From Pristiophorus japonicus (taxonomy: Eukaryota), in the NCBI RefSeq assembly GCF_044704955.1, contig NC_091984.1:206460001-206524000 (forward strand): a stretch of 64,000 nt of DNA. Reading direction: 5' to 3'. The translations under genes were made by a program, and so were the position numbers. Of the stretch, positions 48,144-61,324 are shown one piece after another. Numbering within the stretch: the stretch's first letter is position 1; each line of letters opens with the position of its first letter. The notes under the pieces are model-generated. The model searched no databases and was not told the origin of the DNA. It saw only the letters and a list, made by a program, of their open reading frames with translations.

Positions 48144-49966
48144 ATAAGAACATAAGAAATAGAAGCAGGAGTAGGCCATTACAGCTCCTCGAGCCTGCTC
48201 CGCCATTCAATAAGATCATGGCTGATCTGATCATGGACTCGGGTCCACTTCCCACCTGCTCCCCATAACCCCTTATCGTTTAAGAAACACTCTATTTCTG
48301 TCTTAAATGTATTCAATGTCCCAGCTTCCACAGCTCTCTGAGGCAGCGAATTCCACAGATTTACAACCCTCAGAGAAGAAATTTCTCCTCATCTCGATTT
48401 TAAATGGGTGGTCCCTTATTCTAAGATCATGCCCTCTAGTTCTAGTCTCCCCCATCAGTGGAAACATCTCTGTATCCACCTTGTCAAGCCCCCTCATAAT
48501 CTTATATGTTTTGATAAGATCACCTCTCATTGTTCTGAATTCCAATGAGTAGAGGCCCAACCTACTCAACCTTTCCTCATAAGTCAACCCCTTCATCCCC
48601 GGAATTAACCTAGTGAACCTTCTCTAAACTGCCTCCAAAGCAAGTATATCCTTTCATAAATATGGAAACCAAAACTGCACGCAATATTCCAGGTGTGGCC
48701 TCACCAATACTTTATATAGCTGTAGCAAAACTTCCCTGCTTTTATACGCCATCCCCTTTGCAATAAAGGCCAAGATACCATTGGCCTTCCTGATCATTTG
48801 TACCTGCATACTATCCTTTTGTGTTTCATGCACAAGTACCCCCACAAGTGCTGCTGTACTGCGGCACTTTGCAATCTTTCTCCATTTAAATAATAACTTG
48901 CTCTTTGATTTTTTCTGCCAAAGTGCATGACCTCATACTTTCCAACATTATACTCCATCTGCCAAATTTTTGTCCATTCACTTAGCCTTATGTCCTTTTG
49001 CAAATTTTTTGTGTCCTCACACATTGCTTTTCCTCCCATCTTTGTATCGTCAGCAAACTTGGCTACGTTACACTCAATCCCTTCTTCCAAGTCGTTAATA
49101 TAGATTGTAAATAGTTGGGGTCCCAGCACTGATCCCTGTGGCACTCCACTAGTTACTGGTTGCGAACCAGAGAATTAACCATTTATCCCGACTCTCTGTT
49201 CTCTGTTAATTAGCCAATCCTCTATCCATGCTAATATATTACCCCCAATCTCATGAACTTTTATCTTGTGCAGTAACCTTTTATGTGGCACCTTGTCAAA
49301 TGCCTTCTGGAAGTCCAAATACACCACATCCACTGGTTCCCCTTTATCCACCCGGTTCATCACATCCTCAAAGAACTCCAGCAAATTTGTCAAACAAGAC
49401 TTCCCCATCATAAATTCATGCTGACTCTGCCTGACCAAATTTTGCTTTTCCAAATGTCCTGCTACTGCTTCTTTAATAATGGACTCCAAAATGTTCCCAA
49501 CCACAGATGTTAACTGGTCTATAGTTTCCTGCTTTTTGTCTTGCCTCCTTTTTTAAATACGGGCGTTACATTTGCAGTTTTCCAATCTGCTGGGACCTCC
49601 CCAGAATCCAGGGAATTTTGGTAAATTACAACCAATGCATCCACAATTCCTGCTGTTACTTCTCTTAAGACCCTAGGATGCAAGCCATCAGGTCCAGGGG
49701 ATTTATCTGCCTTTAGTCCCATTATCTTACTGAGTACCACCTCCTTAGTGAATGTGATTGTGTTAAGTTCCTCCCCCCTCCTATAGCCCCTTGACTATCC
49801 ACTGTCGGAATATTGTTAGTGTCCTCTACCGTAAAGACTGATACAAAATATTTATTCAGAGTTTCTGCCATCTCCATGTTCCCCATTACTAATGCCCCGG
49901 TCTCGTCATCTGAGGGACCAACATTTACTTTAGCCACTCTTTTCCTTTTTATATACCTACAGAAAC
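48144..49966 (-). mobile_element. CR1 LINE 3' fragment inserted at the end of the LTR
   Basis: ORFs 48303-49937 on minus carry CR1 RT motifs. Tail (ataagaac)n. Confidence 0.92.
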
Positions 49967-51377
49967 TATATAGGAATACTTGCTTCCACTCTAAATGTGA
50001 GTTCTCAGGTGACTGTACAGTCCAATATGGGAATTACAATCTCCGTCACAGGTGGGACAAACAGTTGTTGAAGGAAAGGGTGGCTGGGTGGGGAGTGGTT
50101 TGCCACATGCTCCTTCCGCTTGTTTTCTGCATGCTCTTGGTGATGAGACTCGAGGTGCTCATAGCCCTCCCGGATGCTCTTCCTCTACTTAGGGCAACAG
50201 AAGCAATGCCGCAGAAAAATCAACGCCTGGCACTCAAAGACCCAGTTAAGAGAGCCCTATACAGCCAGCGCCTCACTGCCAAGCCTCGATTACCCCAACG
50301 ATTGTTCTGCCCTCCATGCCACCATAACTAGCGCCTGCGAAGAGACGCTCGGTCACTCAACCAGGAAATACCAGGACTGGTTTGACGAGAATGACCAGGA
50401 GATCCAGGAGCTAATAAACCGCAAGCGCAGGGCATTCTGAACTTAAACCAGCAACCCAATTTGGGAGTAGCAAAGCAGCTCTACAGACGGCTGAAGGCCG
50501 AGGACCAACAAAAAACCCGCAAACTAAAGAATAGATGGTGGGTGGAGAACGCACAGGAGATTCAACAGCTGGCCGACAGCCATGACGTGAGAGGATTCTT
50601 CACTGCAGTTAAGCCCACCTATGGCTCAAGCACCCAAGGCCCCACCCCACTACTCATCAAGAACACCGAGGCAGTCAGGGCCCGCTAGAAGGAGCACTTC
50701 GAAGATCTTAACCGAGACTGTCTTTGACACAAATGTCCTCGACTCCATCCCGCAGCATGTTACCCGCCACCATCTCAGCAAAACCCCAGCCCTTCATGAG
50801 GTAGAAAAGGCCATCCGTGAACTCAAGAACAAGGCATCAGAAGCAGATGGAATCCCCGCTGATGCACTAAAGTATGATGGAGAAGCACTATTGGCATGAA
50901 TGCATGACCTCATCTCTCTTATCTGGAAGGAGGGGAGCATTCCGGGTGATCTCAGAGATGCCATAATCGTGACCATCTTTAAAAAAGGGGATGGGTCCAA
51001 CTGCGACAATTACAGAGGAATCTCCCTGCTGTCTGCCACTGGGAAAGTCATTGCTAGAATCCTCCTCAACCATCTTCTCCCTGTAGCTGAAGAGCTCTTC
51101 CCTGAGTCACAATGCGAATTCCGTCCTCTAAGGGATGCAACGGACATGATCTTAGCTGAAGTGCCGCCATGTTAAATAACCTGCCGCCGCTTCTCCGTGC
51201 GTGCCAACCTAAAAAAAATAGCTAAAGCTGATCAACGGTTTCATAAATAATGGCAGACCGCACAAAGCTCACAACTCCATTACAATACTGAATAAAAGCC
51301 GAATACAGGTGAAAGCAAGCACTTACGCTGAAAATCCATTGAGACGCAGGTTTGTAATTTGAGATATATCAAGTAAA

Positions 51378-51730
51378 AATAAAAGACTTGCACTTAAATA
51401 GCATCTCAGGACGCCCTAAAGTGCTTTACAGCCAATGAAGTACTTTTTGAAGTGTAATCACTGTTGTAATGTGGGAAACGCAGCAGCCAATTTGCGCATA
51501 GCAAGCTCCCACAAATAACAATGTGATAATGGCCAGATAATGTGTTTTAGTGATGTTGATTGAGGGATAAATATTGGCCAGGTCACTGGGGAGAACTCCC
51601 TTGCTCTCCTTCAAAATAGTTCTATGGGATCTATTACATCCACCTGAGGGAGCAACTCAGTTTAACGTCACATCCAAAAGACAACACCTCAGAGTGCAGC
51701 GTTCCTCAGCACTGCAATGGAGCATCAGCT
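51378..51730 (-). mobile_element. DeuSINE
   Basis: aaagacttgcac..gctttacagccaatgaagtactttttgaagtg tail and body. Confidence 0.85.
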
Positions 51731-51819
51731 TGTCTTCCCCACCTCGCCCCAGGACGCAGTTCCCCACCATTAAAAAATCTAGATTTTTGATATTTTTTTA
51801 TGCATTTTCCAGTATTTCG

Positions 51820-53065
51820 GAACATAGGAATGGCTAGATGAAAAAGACTAAGGTCCATCTAGTTCGCCTACTAGTCGCATGATACAATGGACTTGTTGAC
51901 TAACCAATCTCTATCAATTAGTCTACAACAGTCCCAGTCATGAGGCGAGGAAAAACCCCAGTGCTAGAAAGCTTTGGAAACCATAGGTCCAAAGTCACCT
52001 GTTCCTTCCAGGCATGCTACACTTATCATGTCTCAAATTACTCATATACTGTATTCCAAAACATGATTTTCTGAAAGAAATTATCTAATTTGCATTTGAA
52101 TAAATCAACACTATCTGCTTCCGCCGTCTCCTTAGGGAGCCTATTCCATAGATTGACCACTTGTCACTGAAATATTATCTCTGCAGATTTGTTTTGAATT
52201 TACCCCCTTCAAACAGGCCGTGTTCTCTGGTTCTACTGTTCCGGGCAAGTTGAAAGAGCTCATCGTGGTCTACATTATTCGTCCCTTTAGAAACCATAAA
52301 CAGCAATCATATCACCTCTCAATTTTCTCTTTTCTAGTGAGAACATGCCAAATTTACATTGTCATAATCCAATCCTTCTATTATTCTGGTTGCCCTCCTC
52401 TATTCTTTCAATAGCTGCAATATTCTTTTTGCACTGTGGCGACCAGAATTGTACGCAGTATTCCAAGTACAGTCATGCCAATGAATTACAAAGTGGGAGC
52501 ATGAGCTCACTATTTCGGCTCAATATTGACCTTGTACAACATCCCAACATCTGATTTACTTCACTGAGTCCCATTGAGCATTGTTACAATTTATTGTCAA
52601 TCAGGACCCCCAGATCTTTTTCATACACATTGTTTTCTTTCCATTTAAGGAATATTCTTCCTGGATTTTACATCCCCATGTGAAGCACTTTGCATTTCTC
52701 TACATTGAATTTCATCTGCCATTTGTCTGCCCAATTCCAAAGAATATTCAAATCCTCCTGTCTCTTATCCCATTCAGCGTTGCAGTCTACCGCCTCCATT
52801 AGTTTTCTATCATCTGAAAATTTAGTCACGGTGCTTGTGACACTAGCTCCAGGTCATTTATGAAGATATTAAACAAAAGAGGTCGCAAAACAGTCTCCTA
52901 TGGGTCCCCACTGGTAACATTCTCCCTTTCCAGATCAAATAAGTTACCTGGCTCTACCTTGGTAAAAACTGAGGCAAAAAAATGTAGCACTTTTGCAGCC
53001 TTTGTAGCATCAGTCATCATACCATCATCCAATCCCACTTTCAGTGGCCCCACTGTACCCCTTGT
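51820..53065 (-). mobile_element. Decayed CR1-type LINE fragment(s)
   Basis: gaacataggaa tail, plus ccagaattgtacgcagtattccaagt and atcatctgaaaattt (KFSDD) remnants. Confidence 0.65.
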
Positions 53066-53744
53066 TTTTCTTTTTCACTCTTAACACAAGAGGGGTCCAG
53101 TTGTGTTGATTTGTGTCAGCAAATTTTAAAAGACTGGCCAAGCCCCCAAAATACAGACTGTGAACATGACAATTGGCATGTATGCTTCTAGAAAAATGGA
53201 CACTTGTACTGGAAGGCTGCTGGCATCCATGGAATTATACCCAGGCATGTAGCTGACTGCATTGTGGGTTCTCACCTTTTCTGTGTGCGTAACATTTTAA
53301 TGCTGTTATACTATAGATTAGGAATTGGAGGGGGGAGGGTGGGAGGGATATCCTCTCAACATAAATATGTCAGCTTGAATAAAACAGAATATGCCAATAT
53401 TTATCTACCTTGTCATTTTGACCCACATGAACGTGCCACGACATTTTCTCCATCCACACTGGTATGGGGGAAAATATGTACAGCCTACTACAAATTGGGG
53501 AAATTGCTCATCATTAGAGTCTTGGGATTATGGAATCAGGCATCAATCAATGCTATCAGATATTCTCAATTAATTAATACCAGTAAAAGAGATTGCAGAA
53601 GTGTCTCAGGTTTGATGTTGAGTTTATCCTCCTCTTGGGAGGGCAGCAGCTCATGACTGTGGCTCCAGGACACCACCCAGTAAGGGTGGAGCTAACGATT
53701 TAAGGTTTGTGCACACATTAGCTGATCTGCTGTTTGTTCCCATC

Positions 53745-53944
53745 TGTTGCGTATGTAACCCTTGGCAGCCCTTATCACACCAGCACCAGAGGGCCTACCT
53801 GTTGGGAGTCCCAAGGGATCCCAGCACTGTATATAAGCAGGCCTCCTTCGCTGTACCTGACTCTGGAGTTCAATTAAAGGAGCTAAGGTCACACTTACTC
53901 ATTGCATACAGTACTCAGTTTCATCCTTTATTATGAGCATAATA
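53745..53944 (+). mobile_element. Solo LTR related to the LTRs of Gypsy element 2
   Basis: Shares ggagtcccaagggatcccagca and ctaaggtcacacttactca. Flanked by CCCATC on both sides (53739-53744, 53945-53950). Confidence 0.88.
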
Positions 53945-56900
53945 CCCATCCTCCTGGGTAGCCATGTTATTGTACAAGGACTTATTTAATCCTAAAATTG
54001 TGATTAAGTACATTTTTAAAAAGTCAGGATTTAATATTAAATTTTTTATATCTATAAATTGTAACAAATACAATATAATGTTCCAAATAATTGACATCTT
54101 AAATCAAGAATTCATTTGGATCTCAAAACAAATTTAAAACAAGTATTGTTAACTGATGTATATTTTTGTCACTTAACTACAAAAATTAATGTTCCTATTT
54201 TGAATTATCTTAGAAGAGAATGGAGAATATTTTGATAAATATTGCAAATGTAACCTTAATTTTTAAATAACAAGATTTTATACTACTTTTTGTTGAATGC
54301 CTCCTTTTTGGGAACTTGTTATTCCAGTCACTTTTCACCTAACACTTATTTCTGTCTGATACTTTCCTAATTTTATTCACCTTTTCTCCAAGCCTGGATA
54401 GTGTTGCAGTCAAAGCTGTCCTTCTGGATTGTGAGTTGTAGATGTGTATCAATAATAGTCTCTTTGGAAAGTTGAATAAAACTATGAATTGAATACAGTG
54501 TATCACATCATTTTGAGCTATTAGCCAAGACAGTTATGGTCCTCTCAACCACCCAGACATATTCCAAGTTGCATGTCTCCACAGAAATTGCTTCAGAGCA
54601 CTTGGCAGAAGTAGTGCTTACTCAGAAATACATCATTTTCAAATGAGTTTAAGGTAGGCCTCATTTATTGCAAGGTAACTACTCAGATCAGGTAGGTTTG
54701 TTTTGAGAGGCAGGAGGGAAAGGGCATAATCACGAGCATGCCATCTGTTAACATTCAACTGTCAGTCAACCTCCTTCCCTGGTTCACGACGACACGTTTT
54801 GAATAAGCACAAGACACTTGATGGGATTATACGGACTTTGTTGATATCTAGTATAGGTGATCGGCCCAACTAGAGAGAGGCTTTTGGTTTCTAGTTCTAT
54901 CTTTAGAGCCCTCTGAAGAACTGTTGAAAACCACGCTCCTTTATTTATCATCTTTTGCCTACAACAAAGATACATTTCATACATAAGACTGCATGACGTA
55001 TCTGTTCCTGATATCCTCTGAAAACAGTCGGTTATTTACTTCAAGACTTCCTGACTTAACTGTTCTCGAATCATTTGAAGATTTGTCTTTATTAACCATT
55101 ATCTTTCTATATATAGCTAATGGATCCCTCTACCTGTGTTTATTATACTAGCCACCACAGTTATACTTTAGTCACCCATGGTTGGCGTCATTACTGTCAT
55201 TTATTTCCTTGCACACGCATTTCTCGTATATAACACTCATACTAAAAGCAGAAGACAAGCCATGCTTTCTTCTCATGGCACTTCAAAGCCATCCTGTTTA
55301 TATTGGAAAGCCTGTTGTTCCAAGATACAAGTTGTTTGATTATTAATCCATAACTCTCTATGATGTCCAACACCATTTTGTTGCAATCAATTCCAGAGTC
55401 TGAATTACAGCAAACTAGTTCCTAGAGATTAAAGCTTCCTGGTTTACAGAAACCTAGATGCTAAGAAATTTCATTCCAGATTATGGCTATTTAAATGACA
55501 GATTTACACTTAAAAAAAAAAAAGATTGTAATACTTTGACAAATGGTACCCAAGTGCAGTAGGTGTAATAGCCAGAAATCTAAAGCACTAGATTTGCATG
55601 CCAGCAAGATTTGAGATATAAAGATTTGCATTTTGACAAAAAGGCAATTTCTAAAAAACCTTCTTGTACTTCCTCTTTCTACCCTACTCTCAGTCCCCAT
55701 TTCTCTATTTCCCAGAATGTCTCTCACATCTATGCTCCCTGATCAAGAAAGCATTTTCAATTAATTGCACTCTCTTGTCAACCCAGGAGTCACACCTGCG
55801 CAAAGTGCAAAGAAAACTTTTCCAGAACAATTTTACACAATCCAGCTAGGATTGAAAGTCACAACTCTGCAGGTGCCCATTTTAGTCAAGACTGGGATTT
55901 GAGACTCTCATTATTTAGAGTAGTTACTAGTATATAAACACTGCAAAACTTCCAATTGAAAAACGTGCTTCAGCAGGTACCAAAATATGAAATGTATCCC
56001 ACATTTTTACAGTTGAAACAGAAACTATCTCTCCCCAGAGTAAGGTGCTGCGTGGTGCTAATACTACATTCATGACCTGTTGTATGGAACCAAAGCTTTT
56101 CTTTCCACACAGCACATATGAAAAATGTGTTCAAACTTTGTCTGAACTGTGAATGAAGCTATGAACATGGGAACAGGCCAATCAACCCCTGGAGCCTTTT
56201 CCGCCATTCAATTAGATCGTGTACCTTAACTCCATTTACTCACCTTTGAACCATATCCCTTGATAGCCTATTAAAGGCCTGGGCTTAGACTAGTTTCTAA
56301 GTTAGAACTTGAATTTATATAAATATTTGCAGTTATTTCAACTTTCTATAAACATTTAGTTACAACCTTCATATGGTTAGATTTATTTCAACTTATTTTT
56401 AGTTTTTGCTGTGGGTGCTTAGTATGTGGCTTATGGAATATGACCCAGATCCTATTGGTCTCCACTAACCACGTGACAAATACCACATAGTTGCAAAGAC
56501 ATAAGTAGAAAGCATTTTGGAACAGACAAAAATATGAGATTTATTAAAATAAAAATCATTGCTATATACTGTACAACTCTTAACATGTACCATTTTGCAG
56601 ACTGTCAGAAATAACTTACTCTAACATTCTGAAGGGGAGCACATACTCAAAAGCAAAGTCATGCAAAAAAACTGAGGGGAAAAATGAAAAACATCCTCCA
56701 CAACAGTTTCAAGCAACAATCTTTGAAAAGGTACTGGCCTATAAAAGTATTGTCAGTCATCATTCTCTCTAAACACCAATGAGGTGTTGGTATCTTAAGT
56801 GGAGCAGGATCACTCAGCAAGTGGAGTTGTATGTTGGTAACTTATCTGCATGTAATTACCTAGCAAGCTGAAACAATAGTAATTTTCATTAGATGTATAA

Positions 56901-57102
56901 AATCAGTTTTCAAATGATAACTGAAGTATTTGAGATCTTCTCCACACAACATGGCGTAAATAACTTGAGCTCTGAAACAAGGTTCCTAAATTGTCTGGTA
57001 TTAGGAAACTTTGGAAGGCACGGTGCTAATGGATCCAAGTAGAATGCTTCATATGCATCAAATGGGCAACTTGGTTCAAATACTCGGCCATATCCAGGAA
57101 CT

Positions 57103-57171
57103 TCAGTTAGCTGTTGCACCTTGGAAAAACTGATCACTTGTGTTAGGGGCATCAATATCTTCGTCTTGCTC
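57103..57171 (-). CDS. GPN3: GPN-loop GTPase 3, last coding exon
   Basis: Acceptor tttttacag. EQDEDIDAPNTSDQFFQGATAN*, an acidic tail of similar length to the human C-terminus. Confidence 0.8.
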   Translation of the reverse strand, partial: EQDEDIDAPNTSDQFFQGATAN

Positions 57172-57921
57172 CTGTAAAAAAGGGCCCATTATTAAATGTA
57201 ATTATGCAAGCAATTTCTGAAAGCCTCAGCTATTTCAATGCATACTTTTGTAACTGAACAATGTACAGTTTTAAAACATACTATTACACAGCAAAGTCAC
57301 TCAATTTATTATCACCAAGATGTATTTTGATTAGTTCATTGCAATTTGTTTAGTTCAGAAGATAATCCAAGGTAAACAAAGCAAAAACACAGCAGGAATA
57401 CATTAAAGAAGGCTGCTCATTTATTGGACTGCACATCCTCACACATGTTCACAGTGCAGCATTATCCACTGGAATGAATCGTTTGCTCCTCCTTCTCTCC
57501 TGAAGAGTGACTCACCCTGAACTTCCACAGGAGTCAAGAACCCTCCGGTATTTAATCCAAGTACGCATTCTTTATGTGACCCTACACAGTGCGTGTGTGC
57601 AGGCTATTCAACTGTGTGAGGCATCACAACCAACCCTGGTCCTATCATTACCCAACATAAACACTTGGCTTGAAAGTTACTACAACTGATTTCTATCTGT
57701 TGAACTTGTTTTAACACCTTTAGTTCTTGACCATTCTTGTTGAATAAGGAATAAAAGATAAAGTCATGCTTAAATCAGTTCAAATATGTCACCTACTAAC
57801 CCATCATGGAATGTCTATGGCTCAGAGAGAGTCCTAACCACTAGGCTGAAGGAGATTGGGTGGTGGGGGGAGAACAGAATCACTGGAGAAATCCTACACA
57901 AAGAAGCTATATATCACTCAC

Positions 57922-58050
57922 CTTTGGTTCTTTGACTTCAAAGTCCTCTCCATACTGAATGGAAAAGTCAATGTGCTGCAAGACAATGGTAACACATTCT
58001 TCATCTGAGCGATCAAATGGCAAAAAACGAACCATGCTGTAGTCATCAAC
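57922..58050 (-). CDS. GPN3: GPN3 penultimate exon
   Basis: [43 protein letters not shown]. 129 nt, ag/gtgagt. Confidence 0.96.
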
Positions 58051-58668
58051 CTAAACAGGCAAATGTTTAATAAACATTACCAATTCATCCTAACAGCATC
58101 ATCCTGATGTAGCCTTTAAAATTCTAGATCCCATGATTTTTCACAATAGAATTTCAGCCAACATTTAAAAATAAATTATATTATTCAAAACACACACACA
58201 CAAAAATGGAATGTCACTAGAAAAAAACTCGGGTACCTTTGTATTGCTTTAAAAATACATTTTTGATAAGGCTCAGTTTAAAATCAGACCTGGATTGTCA
58301 TAGTATTGCTGTCTTTGGTTGTATCCAGTATCTAGAATTTCCTGAAAACGTGCACCGAAGTAATAGCACATCTACTGTAAGGGGGAAATTTTCATTTCCG
58401 AGTCTTCCTAACTAACTGGACTAAATGAAATAAGTATTATTAGTTATAGTCTTAAGTTTGTATTGTTTTTATTATGTAACTGATACTTAATGCACAATTA
58501 TGCTTTTAAAACTAGTATAGTATGCCCTGTGCAAAAGAGGTTAGATTTTAAACTGGTGTTGGGCCTTGCTTGGCCAAATTAAACATACAGTCAGCAGCCT
58601 TCCAGGCACACAAACAGCAGACAACTAGCCTGGGAAGCAAAGTCATGTGTGGCTGCCACCGTGTGGAA

Positions 58669-59278
58669 TGTTATGATATCTTCAGTAAATTAAAACCATA
58701 GGCCAGCAGCAAGGATGCCATGTCTTGTGTTGCCATAACTACCCCAGATATGCGTCTTGATGGTCAAAAACAAATGATGACAGGGTGTCATGAGACAAGG
58801 ACTTGACAGGGGCTGGCGGGATCATTAGGTACGTGGCATCCCTGTAATTGGACGGGGGGTGGGGCGTGGTTTCAGGTTTAAGTCAATGATTGGGTTAACT
58901 GATCCCCATAGGTTTTGCTGGGAAGAAGTAGTATAAGAAGGGGTCTCTCAAACACTTGGGTTCTAAAGGCATTCAGCAAGAAGCTTTGGAACATTCACCA
59001 GATGGGCCAAGTGGGTTTCGGGTTGGCGGAGGACCCACACGCGTCACACCGGGCAGATGACCAGGCCTAGAAGCCAGATCTGACAAGAGTTGACCCATGG
59101 GGGTCACGTCTTCTACCCAGGGCCTAACAGGTAATATAAACCTGAACTGTGCCTTTTTTAAAACTATTGCTCTGATGCTGTACTGTATCGAGTCTCACTG
59201 TCACCAATATCGGATCAGTCGAATCTTTCGGAACTTAGCAGTGAAAGGGTTAATTGGCACAGTCCCAGAAGCTCAACA
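58669..59278 (+). mobile_element. Possible solo LTR (about 610 bp)
   Basis: TGTTA...CAACA termini, GC box, CCAAT-like attgg and TATAAG. No matching TSD found. Confidence 0.4.
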
Positions 59279-59284
59279 CTACGC

Positions 59285-59456
59285 CAATGTTCCCTCCAAG
59301 CTGCGCGGATGTGTGGTCACGCAGTTCTCTCCCAGTCCCACACTGCCCGGGACCAGCTTTTTTGACGTTTAATTTCACGCATGCACGAAACTGTGAAGGG
59401 ACCACGCAGCTCCTTAAAGAGGCCGCACACTCAAAAACAAATCGGGGGGAACATTG
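59285..59456. mobile_element. MITE with hAT-like terminal inverted repeats
   Basis: CAATGTTCCC ... GGGAACATTG termini. TSD not clearly preserved. Confidence 0.65.
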
Positions 59457-60015
59457 GTCTATGGCGTATGCCATTACTAAGGCTCAAATTTTCTTGGAAA
59501 TAATCACGTGGGTGTCTCAAACCATTACATGCACCACTCAAAAATTTCCTGGGACCCTCTATGCGCCACTTCGCTGTGACCCTCACCAAAACAGTGAGAA
59601 TTCCAGTTCTATAGCTCCCCCCTCTATAAAATAATCAATGGTGATGTTCAATTTACTGCAATAATGCTGCTCTGATCGGTGTCACTGATCCTAAATCTGT
59701 GTTCTCTGGTTACCGTCTACCAGTGGAAACAGTTTCTCTTTACTTACTCTTTCAAAACCCATTATCATTTTGAACACCGCAATTAAATCTCCTCTTAACC
59801 TTTTCTGCTAATACTATTCTTCGTGCCCTGTAACATTTCACTATTGCTGAACAGATTCACTTATTTGTGCAAAGACAGGTTCATTCTACGTTCCTTAAGT
59901 AATGACTGAATACAGGAATTGTTTGAGAGAAACTAATTCAAACCGACCATTTTGATAGTTTCAAATGAAGTTATTTAGAATTTGGCTTCTTTTGGTTCCA
60001 GTACAAACTACTTAC

Positions 60016-60112
60016 CAATCCACAAATTGCTTTTGTTAGTTTTTTGAATTTCTTGCTTTTCCAAATGTCAGTTGAATCCTGCATCAATGAATACATATCG
60101 GGGTCTAAATAC
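60016..60112 (-). CDS. GPN3: GPN3 internal exon (earlier exons lie right of the window)
   Basis: [32 protein letters not shown]. 97 nt, ag/gtaagt. Confidence 0.95.
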
Positions 60113-60424
60113 CTTTAATGAAAGAAATCAGGATGGAAGTATTATTGATATAAATGCCCAAGAACTGTGTCAAAATAATTTCTAAAAATAATATATGAAA
60201 ACTTTGATATAAAACTGTTTTGCAAAGTGAATCTTCAAATGATAGTTCCTTTATTGTCCTGAGAACTCAGTATAGTAAAGTGAACATAATTTAATAGAAA
60301 AAAATACATGAAACAAATGTTGCATTGCACCTCTTGGCATTTTACCTCCTGAAATGAGCCCCGCTTACTTCCAGTTGCCTTGTAGTGTTATCATGCATTG
60401 AAAATCCCATAGGAAGAGAGAGTA

Positions 60425-61260
60425 AATGATCAAAGTCAGAAGGTTGTGAGTTTAAGTCTCACTCCAAAGACTTAAGCACAAAATCCAGGTTGACTCTCCA
60501 GTGCAGTACAGGTTGAGCGTCCGAAATCCGTAAACCTTGGGACTGAGGCCGTTCCGGATATTTCTGGATTTTGGAATGGCTTTGCCTGGGTCAAAGTAGG
60601 TGGGGCCTGGCAGCCGAGATAAGGGGGAGAGGTAGGAGAAGGGGGGGAACCTGGGCCAGGGGGAGAAGGGGGGGAGCAGGGGCCGGGGGGAGAAGGGGGG
60701 GGGGCCGGGGCCGGGCGAGGTTGGGCCGCCGAGGGCCGGGGCGAGCAAGGTCGAGGCGGGCGAAGTCAGGCCACAGAGGCCGGAGCGAGGTCGGGCCGCC
60801 GAGGTGGGGGGAGTCCGATCTCGGAACATTTTCTGGTTTCCAGATGACCCCACCATGGATCGGCCCGGTGTCCGGATTCCGGGACATTCCGAATTTTGGC
60901 ACTCCGGATTTCGGACGCTTAACCTGTACTGAGGAAGTGCTGCACTGTCGGAGGTGCCATCTTTCAGATGAGACGTTACACAGAGGACCCATCTGCAGTC
61001 TCAGGTGGACGTAAAAGATTTCATGACACTATGCTGAAGAAGAACAAGGGAGTTCTCCCCAGTGGCCTGGCAAAGGTTTATCCCTCAACCAACATTACTT
61101 CGAAAAAAATATTTGGTCATTATCATATTGCTGTTTGTGGGCCAATTATTCTGCCACAGTTCCTACATTACAACAGTGACTACACTTCAAAAGTACTTCA
61201 TTAGCTGCAAAATGCTTTGGGACATCCTGAAGTTGTAAAAGGCATTGTATAAATTTATTT
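60425..61260 (+). mobile_element. DeuSINE split by a Tigger-like MITE
   Basis: ccagtgcagTA | TActgaggaagtgctgcactgtcgg is contiguous in other copies. Confidence 0.85.
60509..60926. mobile_element. Tc1/mariner (pogo/Tigger-like) MITE with a G-rich core
   Basis: 22-bp TIR CAGGTTGAGCGTCCGAAATCCG / CGGATTTCGGACGCTTAACCTG (1 mismatch) and TA target duplication. Confidence 0.92.
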
Positions 61261-61324
61261 CCTTCTTAAAAGGGTACCTTAACAAGCAAAGAATGTCCAC
61301 CAACATGCAAACAAGTACAAATAT

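Larger units (their letters stand above)
45238..51151 (-). mobile_element. 5'-inverted RTE insertion hosting nested Gypsy element 3 and a CR1
   Basis: RTE tail 45238-45276 resumes at 49972-50194 (minus). Inverted upstream RT part 50195-51151 (plus). 11-bp TSD TTAGCTGAGGT / TTAGCTGAAGT at 45227-45237 and 51152-51162. Confidence 0.85.

Noticed and set aside
56910-57155. 81-aa ORF as an extended GPN3 C-terminus
   Set aside because: It is out of frame with the spliced GPN3 exon, which stops at 57103.
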